This document shows positions 1-11,945 of a stretch of DNA of 64,000 nt, in pieces. Position numbers and translations under genes: made by a program. Origin of the DNA: the human T2T-CHM13v2.0 reference genome, Homo sapiens; assembly GCF_009914755.1 (NCBI RefSeq), contig NC_060926.1, one strand, 5' to 3'. The number at the start of each line of letters is the position of its first letter. Position 1 is the stretch's first letter. The notes below the pieces were generated by a model, which was given only the letters and a program-made list of their open reading frames with translations, made no database searches and was not told the origin of the DNA.

Positions 1-329
1 CGGAAAACGTTTCTAGTTTTCCAGGGGATGCAAACAACATTTTCTCACCCACACCCTGAGCCAGACACTTAGGGCTCAGTGCTGAGAAGTATTAGGGAGG
101 GTTCTTACAGGAGGAAGTTGTTCATTTTCAATTCAGACTCACCTCCAAAAGCAATCTGTAATCTCAACTTGCCATTTCCATGAGAAAGATATTATGAATT
201 ATAAATTTTGGCAGCCAACTCAATTTTAAAGGGAGATAATATCTTAGGGACTAAGGAATACCTACTCAACATTTATTCCAGTACCTAGAATATTAAGTAA
301 CTCATTAGTAGTCACTAAAGTTTGATCAG

Positions 330-510
330 CACTTCATAGTAAATGGAGTGCTTTCTTATCTGTAACCTCCTTTGAGTCACTCAACTATGTTATGTAGGTA
401 TTATTACTCCCACTTTATAGATGAGGAAATTGAGGCTCTGAGGCATCAGCTAATTATTCACAACCACTAAGCCAACTAGCTCTCAAAATCCCAAATCCTG
501 AGCTATTTCT
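330..510. mobile_element. MIR remnant
   Basis: attattactcccactttatagatgaggaaattgaggctc core similar to MIR. Confidence 0.65.
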
Positions 511-696
511 TCACTATTACCTTTCTTCTTTCAAGAACATCTGGCCAATATTAACGGGAAGCTTCTTTTATACCTGGTTAGTGACTATAAAAGCATAACT
601 GGCAAAAATTAAATTAGTTCCTTTGGACCTTCAGCTTCTACTATAGATATCTAGATATCAGGGGTTTTTTTTCCTACTAGGACCATATTAACCAAA

Positions 697-724
697 AAAC
701 AAACAAACAAACAAACAAACAAAA
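697..724 (+). repeat. (AAAC)n microsatellite
   Basis: Direct inspection. Confidence 0.9.
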
Positions 725-1469
725 ACATTAACTTGCTAGCTCATTAGATTTAGTTACCAAATTTAAAGACCTAAGAGAAGAAAACACACTTTTCCCACCA
801 ATAATTCAAAGCTTGTACGTTGCTCTTTATAAAGACGGAAATGATGAGCTGGATGATTAATGGGCCATCTACACTTCCTGGAAACTGTAAACAGTGCTTT
901 AAGGATGTACATGACACATCAAACAACACAGCCTTAGGAAGAATCTTTAAAATATATTTCCATCCTGTTTGAACATTTCTTAAATAAGGTCACAAAATAA
1001 AAACTTATCAAAAGTTTGAACAAAACACAAATCACAATTTGATGTTTTTTGACTGTTTTTACCCTTTTTATTCTAAGTAGAAGTTGAGAAATTTTTTAGT
1101 TAATTAAAAGCCCATATGGCAATCAAGGCCTATTTGGAAAATGACAAAGGTACGGCAGTAGACCAACATTAATTCTTTGTATTACTTGGTGTTCAAATTA
1201 ACATTTTTTAAAAGGACCCAATTATGATGTCAAATTGATAGATGTTTTGTGGCTTTGGATTAAAAGATGTTTGTAAGTATTTTTCGAGGTTCCTGAAATG
1301 ACTATATAATTGGTATAGAACAAAATGTGCCTTGTTTTTGTGTATCCATATGTATTTAACATCCTTATATAGATGTATTTACCCTTACCTATATCATTCC
1401 CATGCATTGTAAATTTACTTATTGTGTCTTGAAAAAAATCCTAGCAAAATTTCATCAGCAAAAACTTAC

Positions 1470-1803
1470 CTTCATTCTTGAAACTCCTAATGATGTTGGC
1501 AGAGGGCATGGAGGTCCGATCTGTTGCAAATTTGTTGTAGAGTTCCAACATGTACTCTGGTGGGTCCACCTTGGCTGAATCCTGCGTGGGGATGTCAGAG
1601 AGGTTTAGTGTCTTAAGAAACTCATCCTTCATGCTCTGGAGCAGTGTGTTAAAGTCGACACCGTCTTGCTCTGAGAAAACATCACCAAAGAGGGACATAT
1701 CTTCTTCCAGAGGAGACTGCTCTAGGTTCATGATGGGGCTGCCAGAAACCAAGTAAGCTGCCAGGCAGAAAAGAGCGCACAGTGTCAGGACCAGAGAGCC
1801 CAT
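1470..1803 (-). CDS. BMP10: Bone morphogenetic protein 10, coding part of exon 1 (signal peptide and N-terminal prodomain; 334 nt, phase-1 intron follows, exon 2 lies outside the window)
   Basis: Translation [35 protein letters not shown]...[12 protein letters not shown]...[11 protein letters not shown] matches the BMP10 preproprotein, including the TGF-beta prodomain motif PPEYMLELY; canonical donor GAAG|GTAAGT with GT at 1469-1468 on the minus strand. Confidence 0.97.
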
Positions 1804-1963
1804 GACTCCGCTCGAGCTCCTAGGCCAAGCCAGGAAGGTTTAGCTTCCCTGGGCTCTAAGTGGCAGTTTTATCTTGTGGAACGTAAATGTCTCCTGTCAC
1901 TGGAGACAAGTTTGGAAACTCTTCCTCTCTCTCTCCCTCCCCCTACCACTCTTCCTCTCCCCC
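1804..1963 (-). other. BMP10: BMP10 5' UTR (approximate TSS ~1963), purine-rich 5' end
   Basis: Directly upstream of ATG 1803; (GA)/G-rich tract 1919-1963; TSS placed from recollection of a ~160-nt UTR, not measurable here. Confidence 0.6.
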
Positions 1964-2200
1964 TAAAAGTCAGGTTGCAGTAATTGGATAACAAAATCCC
2001 CTATAGGGGCCTAGCCTTTCTTATCTCCCTAGTGTAAACTTGTGCACCAGAATTTGTTTCTATCTTGCAATCCCTATTTCTTTTAATGAGCATTTTGTAA
2101 ACATTTCCACATTCTGACACTGGTTGAGAGATAGGACAATTTTCTCTTTGCAAAGGCTCTGCTTCTCTTCCCTTCAATTCACTTCCTTTCAGCAGGAATG
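1964..2200 (-). promoter_or_regulatory. BMP10 proximal promoter: GATA sites, CArG-like palindrome, homeodomain/CCAAT site
   Basis: WGATAR at 2021-2026 (-), 2060-2065 (-), 2129-2134 (+); palindrome CCCCTATAGGGG 1998-2009; TAATTGG 1981-1987. Confidence 0.7.
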
Positions 2201-2539
2201 CCTAAATTCTGTTTTTATGGGGCTTAGTTTCACACATGCATATAATAGGTATAAGAATCAACATAATGCACATCAATGGTGATACATGTTAATTTGAGAG
2301 GTAGGGCTCAGATAAACACTTGTGAAGACAGACCAAATATCCAAACTTTCCAAGTTTAAGTTAATAGCTATAAATGAATTATATAAATTTTTAGAAGTGT
2401 ACCTTTTTAGAAACAGGAAAGTATAAACTTCATGATTGACAGGCTTTTTCCTACCTATTTGATCTGGCTAAAATAGCATTTGAAAAATAGGGCAAGTGCT
2501 TAGTTATACTGGCAACTAGAATTTATTAGATGCTTCCTA

Positions 2540-2750
2540 CAAACAGGCATTGTACTGAGTGCTTTACACCTATCATCAAGTGTGCTCCTGTAATAACCGT
2601 ATCATTATCTCCATCACATATATGGGTCAGTGAAGTGCCATAGCTTGCCAGAGGCCACAAAGTTGCAAAGTGATGGGGCCACAATTTCAACCAAGGCAGC
2701 CTGATTCTTATGAAGAATAAAACAGTCACACTTTTAAACCACTCTTCTAC
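2540..2750. mobile_element. MIR remnant
   Basis: Degenerate MIR core (atcattatctccat...ccaaggcagcctgattc). Confidence 0.5.
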
Positions 2751-2956
2751 CAGACTAGGGCATGGGCAATAATGCTGAGAGGCCAACACGTCCCCAGATC
2801 AGCCTGGAGGCAGGAGGCAGGCAGAAATTTGTAGCTGGATGTGGACCTCAGGTCCTCCATCTGTGCAATGAGTTGTTAATATAACCAACATCTCTGCGAA
2901 ATTCATCCTTCTGACTCAATCAAAATTGTCATCAAGAGGCTCCAGCAAAAGCTTGG

Positions 2957-3398
2957 TGTGATGGTTAATACTTACTGTCAACTTGATTGGATTGCAGGAT
3001 GCAAAGTATTGATCCCGGGTGTGTCTGTGAGGGTGTTGCCAAAGGAGATTAACATTTGAATCAGTGGGCTGGGAAAGGTAGACCCACCCTTAATCTAGCT
3101 AGGCACCATCTAATCAGCCGCCAGCACGGTTAGAATATAAAGCAGGCAGAAAAACGTGAAAAGACGAGACTGGCCTAGACTTTCAGCCTATCTTTCTCCC
3201 ATGCTGGATGCTTCCTGTCCTTGAATATGGGACTCCAAGTTCTTCAGTCGGGGAACTTGGACTGGCTCTCCTCGATCCTTAGCTTGCAGACAGCCTATTG
3301 TGGGACCTTGTGATCGTGTGAGTTAATACTTAATAAACTCAGAAATATATCTCCATCCCCTATTAGTTCTGTCCCTCTAGAGAACCCTGACTAATACA
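2957..3398 (+). mobile_element. Solo ERVL LTR, MLT2A1-like (442 bp)
   Basis: TG...CA termini (TGTGATGGTTAATAC ... CCCTGACTAATACA), MLT2A-type body, 5-bp TSD cttgg (2952-2956) / ctcgg (3399-3403). Confidence 0.9.
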
Positions 3399-5593
3399 CT
3401 CGGCAAACAACATTACTAGGCACACAAAAAACGCCAAATGCCTTGGTCCTGAAAATAAAAATGGTAGAATCGATTGTGTGTCCAGATTAGGAAAGACAAA
3501 TCAGGTTCATCACATTTTCCATTCTAACTAGTGACAGTAGCAGCCGGGGTGCAGCCAGAGAGGCCCTGCGGACAAGCCCAGGGGATGTTTTTCCCACTGA
3601 GGTGGTAGTTCTGGTATCTTTCTGACGTGCACACCATTACTCACGCGTCCTGGTGCTGTGTTCCAAGGGCTGTGTCAAGATATTTGGTTCACTGGAATCC
3701 TTTCTCAGTTTCTAGGTTAAATTTTCCTATATTCATGCTCATCGTTTAGCTACAATGTCTCCACTTAACTTTTTCTCCAGGCTCACTTAGGTTTCTAGTC
3801 ATCTTTTGATTCTTTTTCCTCCTAAAATGTACAATGTTACAGCCATTTTTTAAATTACCATAGAAAGAACCATATTTTGTTTAGTAGTTGTTAATTGTCT
3901 ATTTGTTTAATAGTTTTGATTTTGATTCAATGTTCAATTTTGATTCAAACTTTCTATTCCCATAGTAAAACGACAATTGTAGACTGGAGACAGATTATAC
4001 CCTGAACAGTCCCACAAGTGAGTGAGTGACTCCAAGGGCCAGAAGCCGTCCTTCGGGTGGTTCGTTTTCACATGAGGTTTCTGACAGCATACCAGCAATG
4101 CCCTGTATCATGTCCTGCATCCAAACAGGCACCCATTTATCTTCACACACACACAGATGTCAACGCACACTCCAAAACTCTGAATGCAGGCATGTGCGTG
4201 TAACTGCCACAGGACAGCAGTGTAAGTGGTGGTACTTACAACCCCTGAGCACACTGGTTTCAAAGGTCACGGGGAGAGACATGCATCCCACATTGCGGAG
4301 TTCTAGTTCTTTACATTCTTGAGCATAAAAACATTAACTGAGACTTCACTGGCTTCCCTGTACTTGGTGTTAGAAAAACTACAGGGTCAAATATTTGGAT
4401 CCATGTTGATATTTGGGGATGATTAAAAGATACAGTAGGAAAATGACTATAGCCATATTTCAGACATTTCAAGATATCAGCGTGTCTTGAGACGCATGCT
4501 TGGTGAAGGTTCTTAAACCCATACCTGTGCTGGGTGGACAAGGAAGGAGGTTGGCTTCATGCTTGGAGGAAGGGGACATAAGCTCTCTCCCTCTTCCAGG
4601 CCTGGGACACCTCACATCTTAGCTGCAGAGTCTCTTTATCCCCATATTTTTCTCTAGAAGCTTTTTCTGATGACTCTCATCTGACCCTAAAAGGTCCAAA
4701 TGTCTTTACATTCCTACCCCTATTTTGATCTTTCTGGATGCAATTCATTCTATTCTTTTGCACTTATCTCATTATTTTGTATCCTTCTCATTTGGAATGT
4801 GTTACGGTTCATTCAGAGTGGATGGGCAGTTTCGTGAGCCAAAGATGTAAAAGGTATGTTTAGATGTTTTAAAAGAACCCATACATGTGGAAAGCAAAAT
4901 ATTAATTACACATTATGCTTTTCCACCCCACTGCAAAATGCTCCAGAACCTCTGATTTGCAAAGTTCTGGGCCAGTTTTTAAAACTAGTTCCATAACTGT
5001 ACAAACTTAAAGAATCTAACATTGAACTTCATTGGATTCTCAAAGGGATCTGGGATCCAGACATGGTCAGAGCCACTGGACAGCATCCTGATGAATTCTG
5101 CTGTTTCCTGTGAGTAGTGCACAGCCCCTGAATAAATGCAACCAATAAAATTATCCTGAATGAAAAGAGGCCAATGAAGTCAGGAGGTCTTTGAACATGA
5201 CTCTAGGTTCTTGGAACCCTCTCTACCTTGGATCCCACTTCAGAAGCATTACATTACTCCTGCTACCTTCTCAGGACCAGGTGTGATAATAAAAAAAAAA
5301 TTTAACAAGCTATACGATGGGTTTTGCCCATTTAACTTATATATGAATTGAATCATGTTATATGTTTTCTTCCAAGACTTACTTTTTTGCACTCAACAGG
5401 ATTTTTCCAATGCACACTTGTTGATGCCTGTAGCTGAGTTCATTGATTTTCACTGAATTGTTGTCAGCTTTATAAATACATAAAAATTTCTTTGTACGTT
5501 ATACTGTTGATAGAGACTTTGTTTCTTTTTTTCTCATTATTTACAGTACTACAGTGAATAATCTTACTGTTATTTTCTATTTAAGAGATTCTC

Positions 5594-5848
5594 GGCCAGG
5601 TGCGGTGGGTCACGCCTGTAATCTCAGCACTTTGGGAGACCGAGGTGGACGGATCACGAGGTCAGGAGCTCGAGACCAGCCTGACCAACATGGTGAAACC
5701 CCGTCTCTACTAAAATACAAAAATTAGCCAGCCATGGTGGCATGTACCTGTAATCCCAGCTACTCAGGAGGCTGAGACAGGAGAATCACTTGAACCCAGG
5801 AGGCAGAGGTTGCAGTAAGCCAAGATCACGCCACTGCACTCCAGCCTG
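5594..5848 (+). mobile_element. AluS element lacking its 3' end and A-tail
   Basis: GGCCAGGTGCGGTGG start, both arms, stops abruptly at ccactgcactccagcctg. Confidence 0.9.
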
Positions 5849-6269
5849 TGCTGGCTAATAACCACCATGTTGGACAGTGCAAGTCTAGACTTTATTTAGT
5901 AAGAGTAAATATCAGAATAGAATTGCTGGTTGGTAGTCAGAAAAGACTCCAACAATTTTACATAATGCCAAATTGTTTTCGAAAATGGTTTTCCCAATCC
6001 TGTGTCTCCCAGCAAGAGTTCGTGTTGTTCCACATCCTTGCCAATGCTTATGCTGATTGACTTTGGGGACTGTAGTTGAGTCTTGGAGGCTCTCTCTTCT
6101 GCTCTTCTCTGCCACTCATTCCTGAGAGATGCAACAGAGCATGTAGATTATCACCTTGAGAAAAGGTATAGTTTGGGCTGGGAAACACTGTTTTAGTATT
6201 GTGTTGGCTTCCACACCCTATATTAAATGACAGCCCATGTAAAGCATGGTGTCCAAGAGCAAAAAAATT

Positions 6270-6810
6270 TATTGAAGGACAGGAAAGGAGACTTGCATGA
6301 ATGTAACAATATTCCAAGTCAATGGATAAGAAGACAATATAATAAAGATGTTAAAAAATCCCCAAATCAATATATAAATTCAATAAAATGTCAATCACAA
6401 TCCTAACAGGACTTTTCATAGAACTTGAAAAGATGATTCTAAAAGCTATATGAAGGAGCAAAGGATTAAGATTAAGTAAGGGTACTCTTAGAGAAGAATT
6501 AAATAGGAGAATTTTCTTACCAATATTAAAATCTATTAAAAATCAGTAATGATCAAGATAGTGTGGCGTTGGTGTAGGAATAGATCAATAGAATAAAAAA
6601 GAAGTTGGAAAAGGACTCACATAAATCCAAAAATTGACATAGAATACCTGACATCACATATCAGTAGGAAAAAGATGATTTCATGAAAAATGCAGGGATC
6701 ATTTATGAGAAATATCAATTGACTACTTTGTACTTTATGCAAAAATCAAATCCAGATAGACTTGGGACTTCATATGAAAGAACAACTTTGAAACTTTGTC
6801 TTGGAGAAAT
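6270..6810 (+). mobile_element. Old L1 (L1M) ORF2 3' fragment
   Basis: A-rich, degenerate similarity to the L1 ORF2 C-terminal region (attccaagtcaatggataagaagac...tataaattcaat...). Confidence 0.6.
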
Positions 6811-7060
6811 CCTAGGAGAAGTGTTTCTTTTGCCTGACAATAAGTACCTCATATACTATCTCCAACCCTAGCGGTTAATAAGGAAATAAATGATTGTCCT
6901 ATCCCCATTTCCACAAAAAAAAAAAAAAAAAAAAGGGAGAAAAGGACAGCTCACATTAGAAAAAGTAGGTACACTGATATTATCTATCAAATTCCAAAGT
7001 AGCAAAAATAATAATATTATTAGCTTCAGAAAAAACTTCAAGAGTTTCTTGAAATAGTGA

Positions 7061-7371
<311 letters not shown>

Positions 7372-10300
7372 TCTAATTACATTTTAAATCATGATCATTT
7401 TACTTACCCTCCTTTCAGAAACACATTTAAAGCACAGAGTGAGGCAACTTTTACATGTTACAGACAAGATTATGATTATATTATCTGTATTTTAAGTAAT
7501 ATATTCATAGTTCTTAAAGCTAACAAAATCTTTTTTGCATGTGCTTCTTAAGAAGTAAATGCTAAAAATGAAAATGCCCACTGACCTAGGATATCCCAGG
7601 AGTGGAATCGACTGTCTGTCAGTGTGCTCTTAGAATCACTAGAGGTGTTTGACAGCTGTGCTAAGCAACAACACAGAGTGCAAAGACAAAGAAGTAAACC
7701 CAGCCAGGGCACTCTGCCACCACACTGAGATAAGTCAAGCCCTTTAACACCAGAGGCTGCTAAGGGTTTATTCCACACTCTCAGCAAGATAAGCTGCCAT
7801 TCACACCTCACAAGACACTCAGATCTGGAAAGCAGCCTAGAGGAAAAAGTAAGAGATGCGAATAAGTGCAATTATTTCAGTGAAGAAATTAACAGATTTC
7901 ACATTGTTTGATTTCACTCCCATGAACAGCCATCAAAAGCCATGTTCCTTGGAAAGCTGGCTTTTCCAGCATGTTCATGTGGACTAGGACAGAGGAATAA
8001 CCCCAGGGCCCTACACTGAATTGCACCATGTGTCTGCCTTTCACACTCACTGTCTGAGCATCACTGTGTAAGAAGGTATTTGTTTCTCCATTTTACAGAT
8101 GACACTGAAGTACAAAGGATTAAATGAGTTGCCTCAATTCTCACTGCTGGGGAAACTTGGGGATCCAAATTCACACTCTTGCCACCGCTCTTTCCTAGTT
8201 CTCTAAACAGCCTTTGTTAGACTTATAGTCAGTTGGGTTGGACTCTGAGAAGGTGAATAGGGCATGGCATAATCCTTGGCCATATTACGATTATCACATA
8301 ATTTGGGTGTATTAATGGGCCTCTCTGTGCTAGCTATTAACAGTGGTTTCCCTGAAAGCTGAACGAACCCTCTAAAGTTTTGAGATTTCCTAGGACAGAT
8401 CCAATTTCAAGTGTTCTGTCCCGTCTTCCCCAGAAGAATAGGCAAAACACGAGTCCCTTTTCTTTTTTCTTCTTCTTTTTTTTCATTAAGAAAATAAGAT
8501 TACCTTGTCAGTAGAACTCAGCGTACATACATTTCAAAGAAAAAACACACATCCCCTCTTCAAATGATCACCCCCAGGACAGTGTCTGGAGAGCTGGAAG
8601 GTCAAGGCAAACCACACTCATGGTATTGAACTTGGAAAGTAACTACTACATGATGATGAATATACCTGAAAGGAAAAGAAATGTGGTTTTATAAAAAAGA
8701 TTCATCTCAGCCAAATCAGTCTGCAAATGTCTGCGTCACAGTCAGACTGTAAGCCATGTGGAAGGTTACAGGAGTAACCCCTTCCTCCCCAGTTTCATGA
8801 CCCACTAAGTCAAACCCTATAACTTAGAATTATCAACTTTCAAATATGAAAGGACTATCAGAGTTCAGCCAGGCTGGCCTTTGACACGCTGCAGGAAGAG
8901 GGAAGGAAGGAGGGAGAAATAACTGGGGACCTGTCTTATCAATGGGCAGCCGGTTTTCAGCTGACTTTCACTTGACAAGTTCAGAAAGTTGCATGCCAAA
9001 AGGGTTTCTTGGAGAAGATCTTCTGCATCAGAGTGATAGCTTAAGTGTGTCATGACAGCCCTGTTGCTGGGCATCATACATTTCTTTGTGAAATCAGTGT
9101 CTACATGTGACCCATCTTCCTTAAATGCCACGCATAGAAGAAAGGGAAAAAAACGTGAAGCCATGGGCCACGTTCAGCTTTAGGTAATGTTGGTAAATCT
9201 GTTTGCGGAAACAGCCTTCTGGTTCCTAAAAAGAAAGAGATGGTCACTTTTGCCTTAAAAGGCTAAGTTATACCCCAAGAAAATCTCTTTTTCTTTCTTC
9301 CCTTCAATGGGAAAAGGTCAGATTACAAGAGTCATGTCCCATTCTAATTATATGATGTCATAAGACTGCAATTTTGCTTAAGCAAGCCTTACAAAGCATT
9401 GTGAATATATGGCTGGAAAATGACAAAGTGAATTTTAGATAAGTGCCTTCAATTAAGCTTGTTCTGGTGCAATTTACATTGTGTGGAAGTCCAGGGAACC
9501 AAAGCCGTTTATGTGGTCCTACACATGCCCTCCAAAATTAGTGAATTATCTGTCAGGGCTATGTGTTTAGGACTCATTGGTTAATTATCCCTGGGGATTT
9601 TGTGCAGCTGGGATTGATAACAGCACCTAAAAGGGATTCTAGTGAAGGACAATAACAGAATTCTTTAAATAGCCAACCAGACAGTTAAATGGAACTTGGG
9701 TAGCTGAATTCTCAGAAAATGTAGGGCTTTTTTTTCCAGAAGATTTTTGCAGTTACCTTGATTCTATTGTACCATTCTTGCCACACAGCAATCATCAGCC
9801 TAGCTAAGATAAAACACCCAAGTGAACTTTGTAATAAAGTCAAATGACCAAATCTGTGATAAAAAGAATTCCAAAATCTGCATCCCCAAGCTGTTATTCC
9901 AGGCACAAGAATGGTCATTCTCTGTTGCATGGTTGACATACTTCTGAGTTTTATCAGCTTCCCTGAGATAAGGTTAGAATGTCCGTCTTCTCAAATACCA
10001 TGGACAACTTAAGGGCGGGGGCTGTGTTCCATTCATGTATCCCTGCAAACTAGCTTAAGGCTTGAGACATAGCACATGCTCAATGAATCAATAAACAAAA
10101 GTGCACATTTGCGAATGGCACTATGGCATATTCATCTGCTTTCAGTTTTACAAGGTACTCCACAGAGAATTAAGCTTAAATATAACCAAGGGAATCTACA
10201 TTTAAATACAGGATATTAACCTTCCTAAATGTCACAATCTTCCCCAAAACTGCAGGTGCATTCTCATCCCTAAAGGAACTTGCATCTCTTGCCTCTTGCC

Positions 10301-10899
10301 ATCCATCTTCTGCCCCACTCCACACCCACTCACCGTCCTCCCTTTGAAAATATCAAGGTTCTCTCTCTGGCTATTTCTCTTTGGGACAGTGGGAAATGCT
10401 GGCCAGGGCTCGACCCATGGGAATCCTGGTCCTCCAAGTGGCTGATGAAACAAAGACGGTCAGGGCATCCTTCAGCTAAGAAGGCTCATCCCTCCCCCAT
10501 CCCAATTGTCCTGCCCCAAAGCCCTCAAGAGGAACTTATTTGTACTGTTTCTTTTTTTCTACTGTGCTTACTTTAAAATTGTCTTTCTTATTAAATGGAT
10601 TGGAGTATTATCCTAGAGAAAAGAAATAAGTAAACAGCTGCTGTCCTTGGGTTCTGCACCTTGAACCTGCTTACAGCCAAAGCAAAAGTCTATTTCCTCA
10701 TCAGGAGACCACATTAGGTTTGGGGCAAAATCCTCAGAGAAATAAAATGACTTTTTCTGGAGTGTCCCCCTTCTACATAAATGTTGTTCTCTGGAACTTG
10801 TGGTGGTGATGTCAGACAGCTCTGAGAGGAGCCAGGAATCTTGAGCCCCAGCCAGGGGCAACTTATCATGGCTAATAATTCATCCTTCACCACCACTAG

Positions 10900-11200
10900 A
10901 ACAAATGTTTATTAAGCACCTACCCTGTGTAATGCACAGTGGCACTAGGCTAGCAAGGAAGTGTGTGCAATACTAACCAAAATAACAATAAAAAGCTACC
11001 ATTTATTCAACTCCTACTCTGTGCCAGGCACTGAGCCCCATTGTTTATGGTCATTATTTCAGCTAATTCTCCCCTAAACCCTATGACATAGGTGCTATCA
11101 TCATCTCTGTTTTACAAATGAGGGTGCTGGTCAGAGAGCCAGGAAGAGGAAGATCCAAGATTGACAACAGCTCTGTTCAATCCCTAAGCCCAGTCTTTCA
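10900..11200. mobile_element. L2/MIR remnants
   Basis: aacaaatgtttattaagcacctac; gtgccaggcactg; catctctgttttacaaatgagg. Confidence 0.55.
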
Positions 11201-11439
11201 GTTAAACACACTCTACTTCCCCAAGAGGGACTAATTTGATAGAGTGAAGACATGGCAGAGAGAATACAGTTGGGGGAAAAGGATAAGGCAGAAGAAGGGG
11301 AGCACCTTTGTCTGTAATTGTAGGAGAGAGGAAAAGATAGATGAAGTGGTAGAGGAAGAAGTTGAGAAACATCATTCTTAATATTCTCAATTTCCTCTGT
11401 GAATTAAAAGGCAAAGTCATTTGGTTAAAAAAACAAGTG

Positions 11440-11692
11440 CCCAGCCTGGACAACATAGTGAGACTGTCTCCGCTCCCACACCCCCCCAACACACACAGGC
11501 ACACACACACACACACACAAATTAGCCAGGAACCTGAGGTCCCAGCTACTTGAGAGGCTGAGGTGGGAGGATTGCTTGGGCACAGGAGGTTGAGGCTGCT
11601 GTGAGCCATGACTGCGCCACTGCACTCCAGCCAAGAAGACAGTGAGACCTTGCAACAAAACAAAACAAAGCAAAAAAAAAAAAAAAAAAAAA
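11440..11692 (+). mobile_element. 5'-truncated AluJ with a (CA)n microsatellite in the central linker
   Basis: cccagcctggacaacatagtgagac, (CA)n, aattagccagg...ttgaggctgctgtgagccatg, A-tail. Confidence 0.85.
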
Positions 11693-11779
11693 GAAAGTGC
11701 AAGAATGGGGTAGAGGTAAAAATAATAAGGATGATAATTATAGTAATGATAGCAGCAAACGTAAATTGCTATGTGCCTA

Positions 11780-11945
11780 AAAATGCAATTTTAATTCTCA
11801 CAATTCAATAAGTCAAACAGTATTTCACACCTAAGGAAACCGAGGCTCAAAGAAATAAAATAATATGCACATTGTAGAACACTTACTAAATAGTAGATCT
11901 GGGATTTTAACCCAGGAAGTCTGACTCCAGAGGCCAGCCTGCTAA
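11780..11945. mobile_element. MIR remnant
   Basis: aaggaaaccgaggctcaaagaa...gggattttaacccaggaagtctgactccagag. Confidence 0.65.

Larger units (their letters stand above)
1..1469 (-). other. BMP10: BMP10 intron 1 (partial)
   Basis: Follows the GT donor at 1469; AT-rich, contains a MIR remnant and an (AAAC)n microsatellite. Confidence 0.9.

Noticed and set aside
1441-1469. C-terminal GKFLLMKFC of the 120-aa BMP10 ORF
   Set aside because: Intron read-through past the GTAAGT donor at 1469; not part of BMP10.
1888-1908. Hairpin tgtctcc-N7-ggagaca in the BMP10 5' UTR
   Set aside because: Only a 7-bp stem; expected by chance without conservation evidence.
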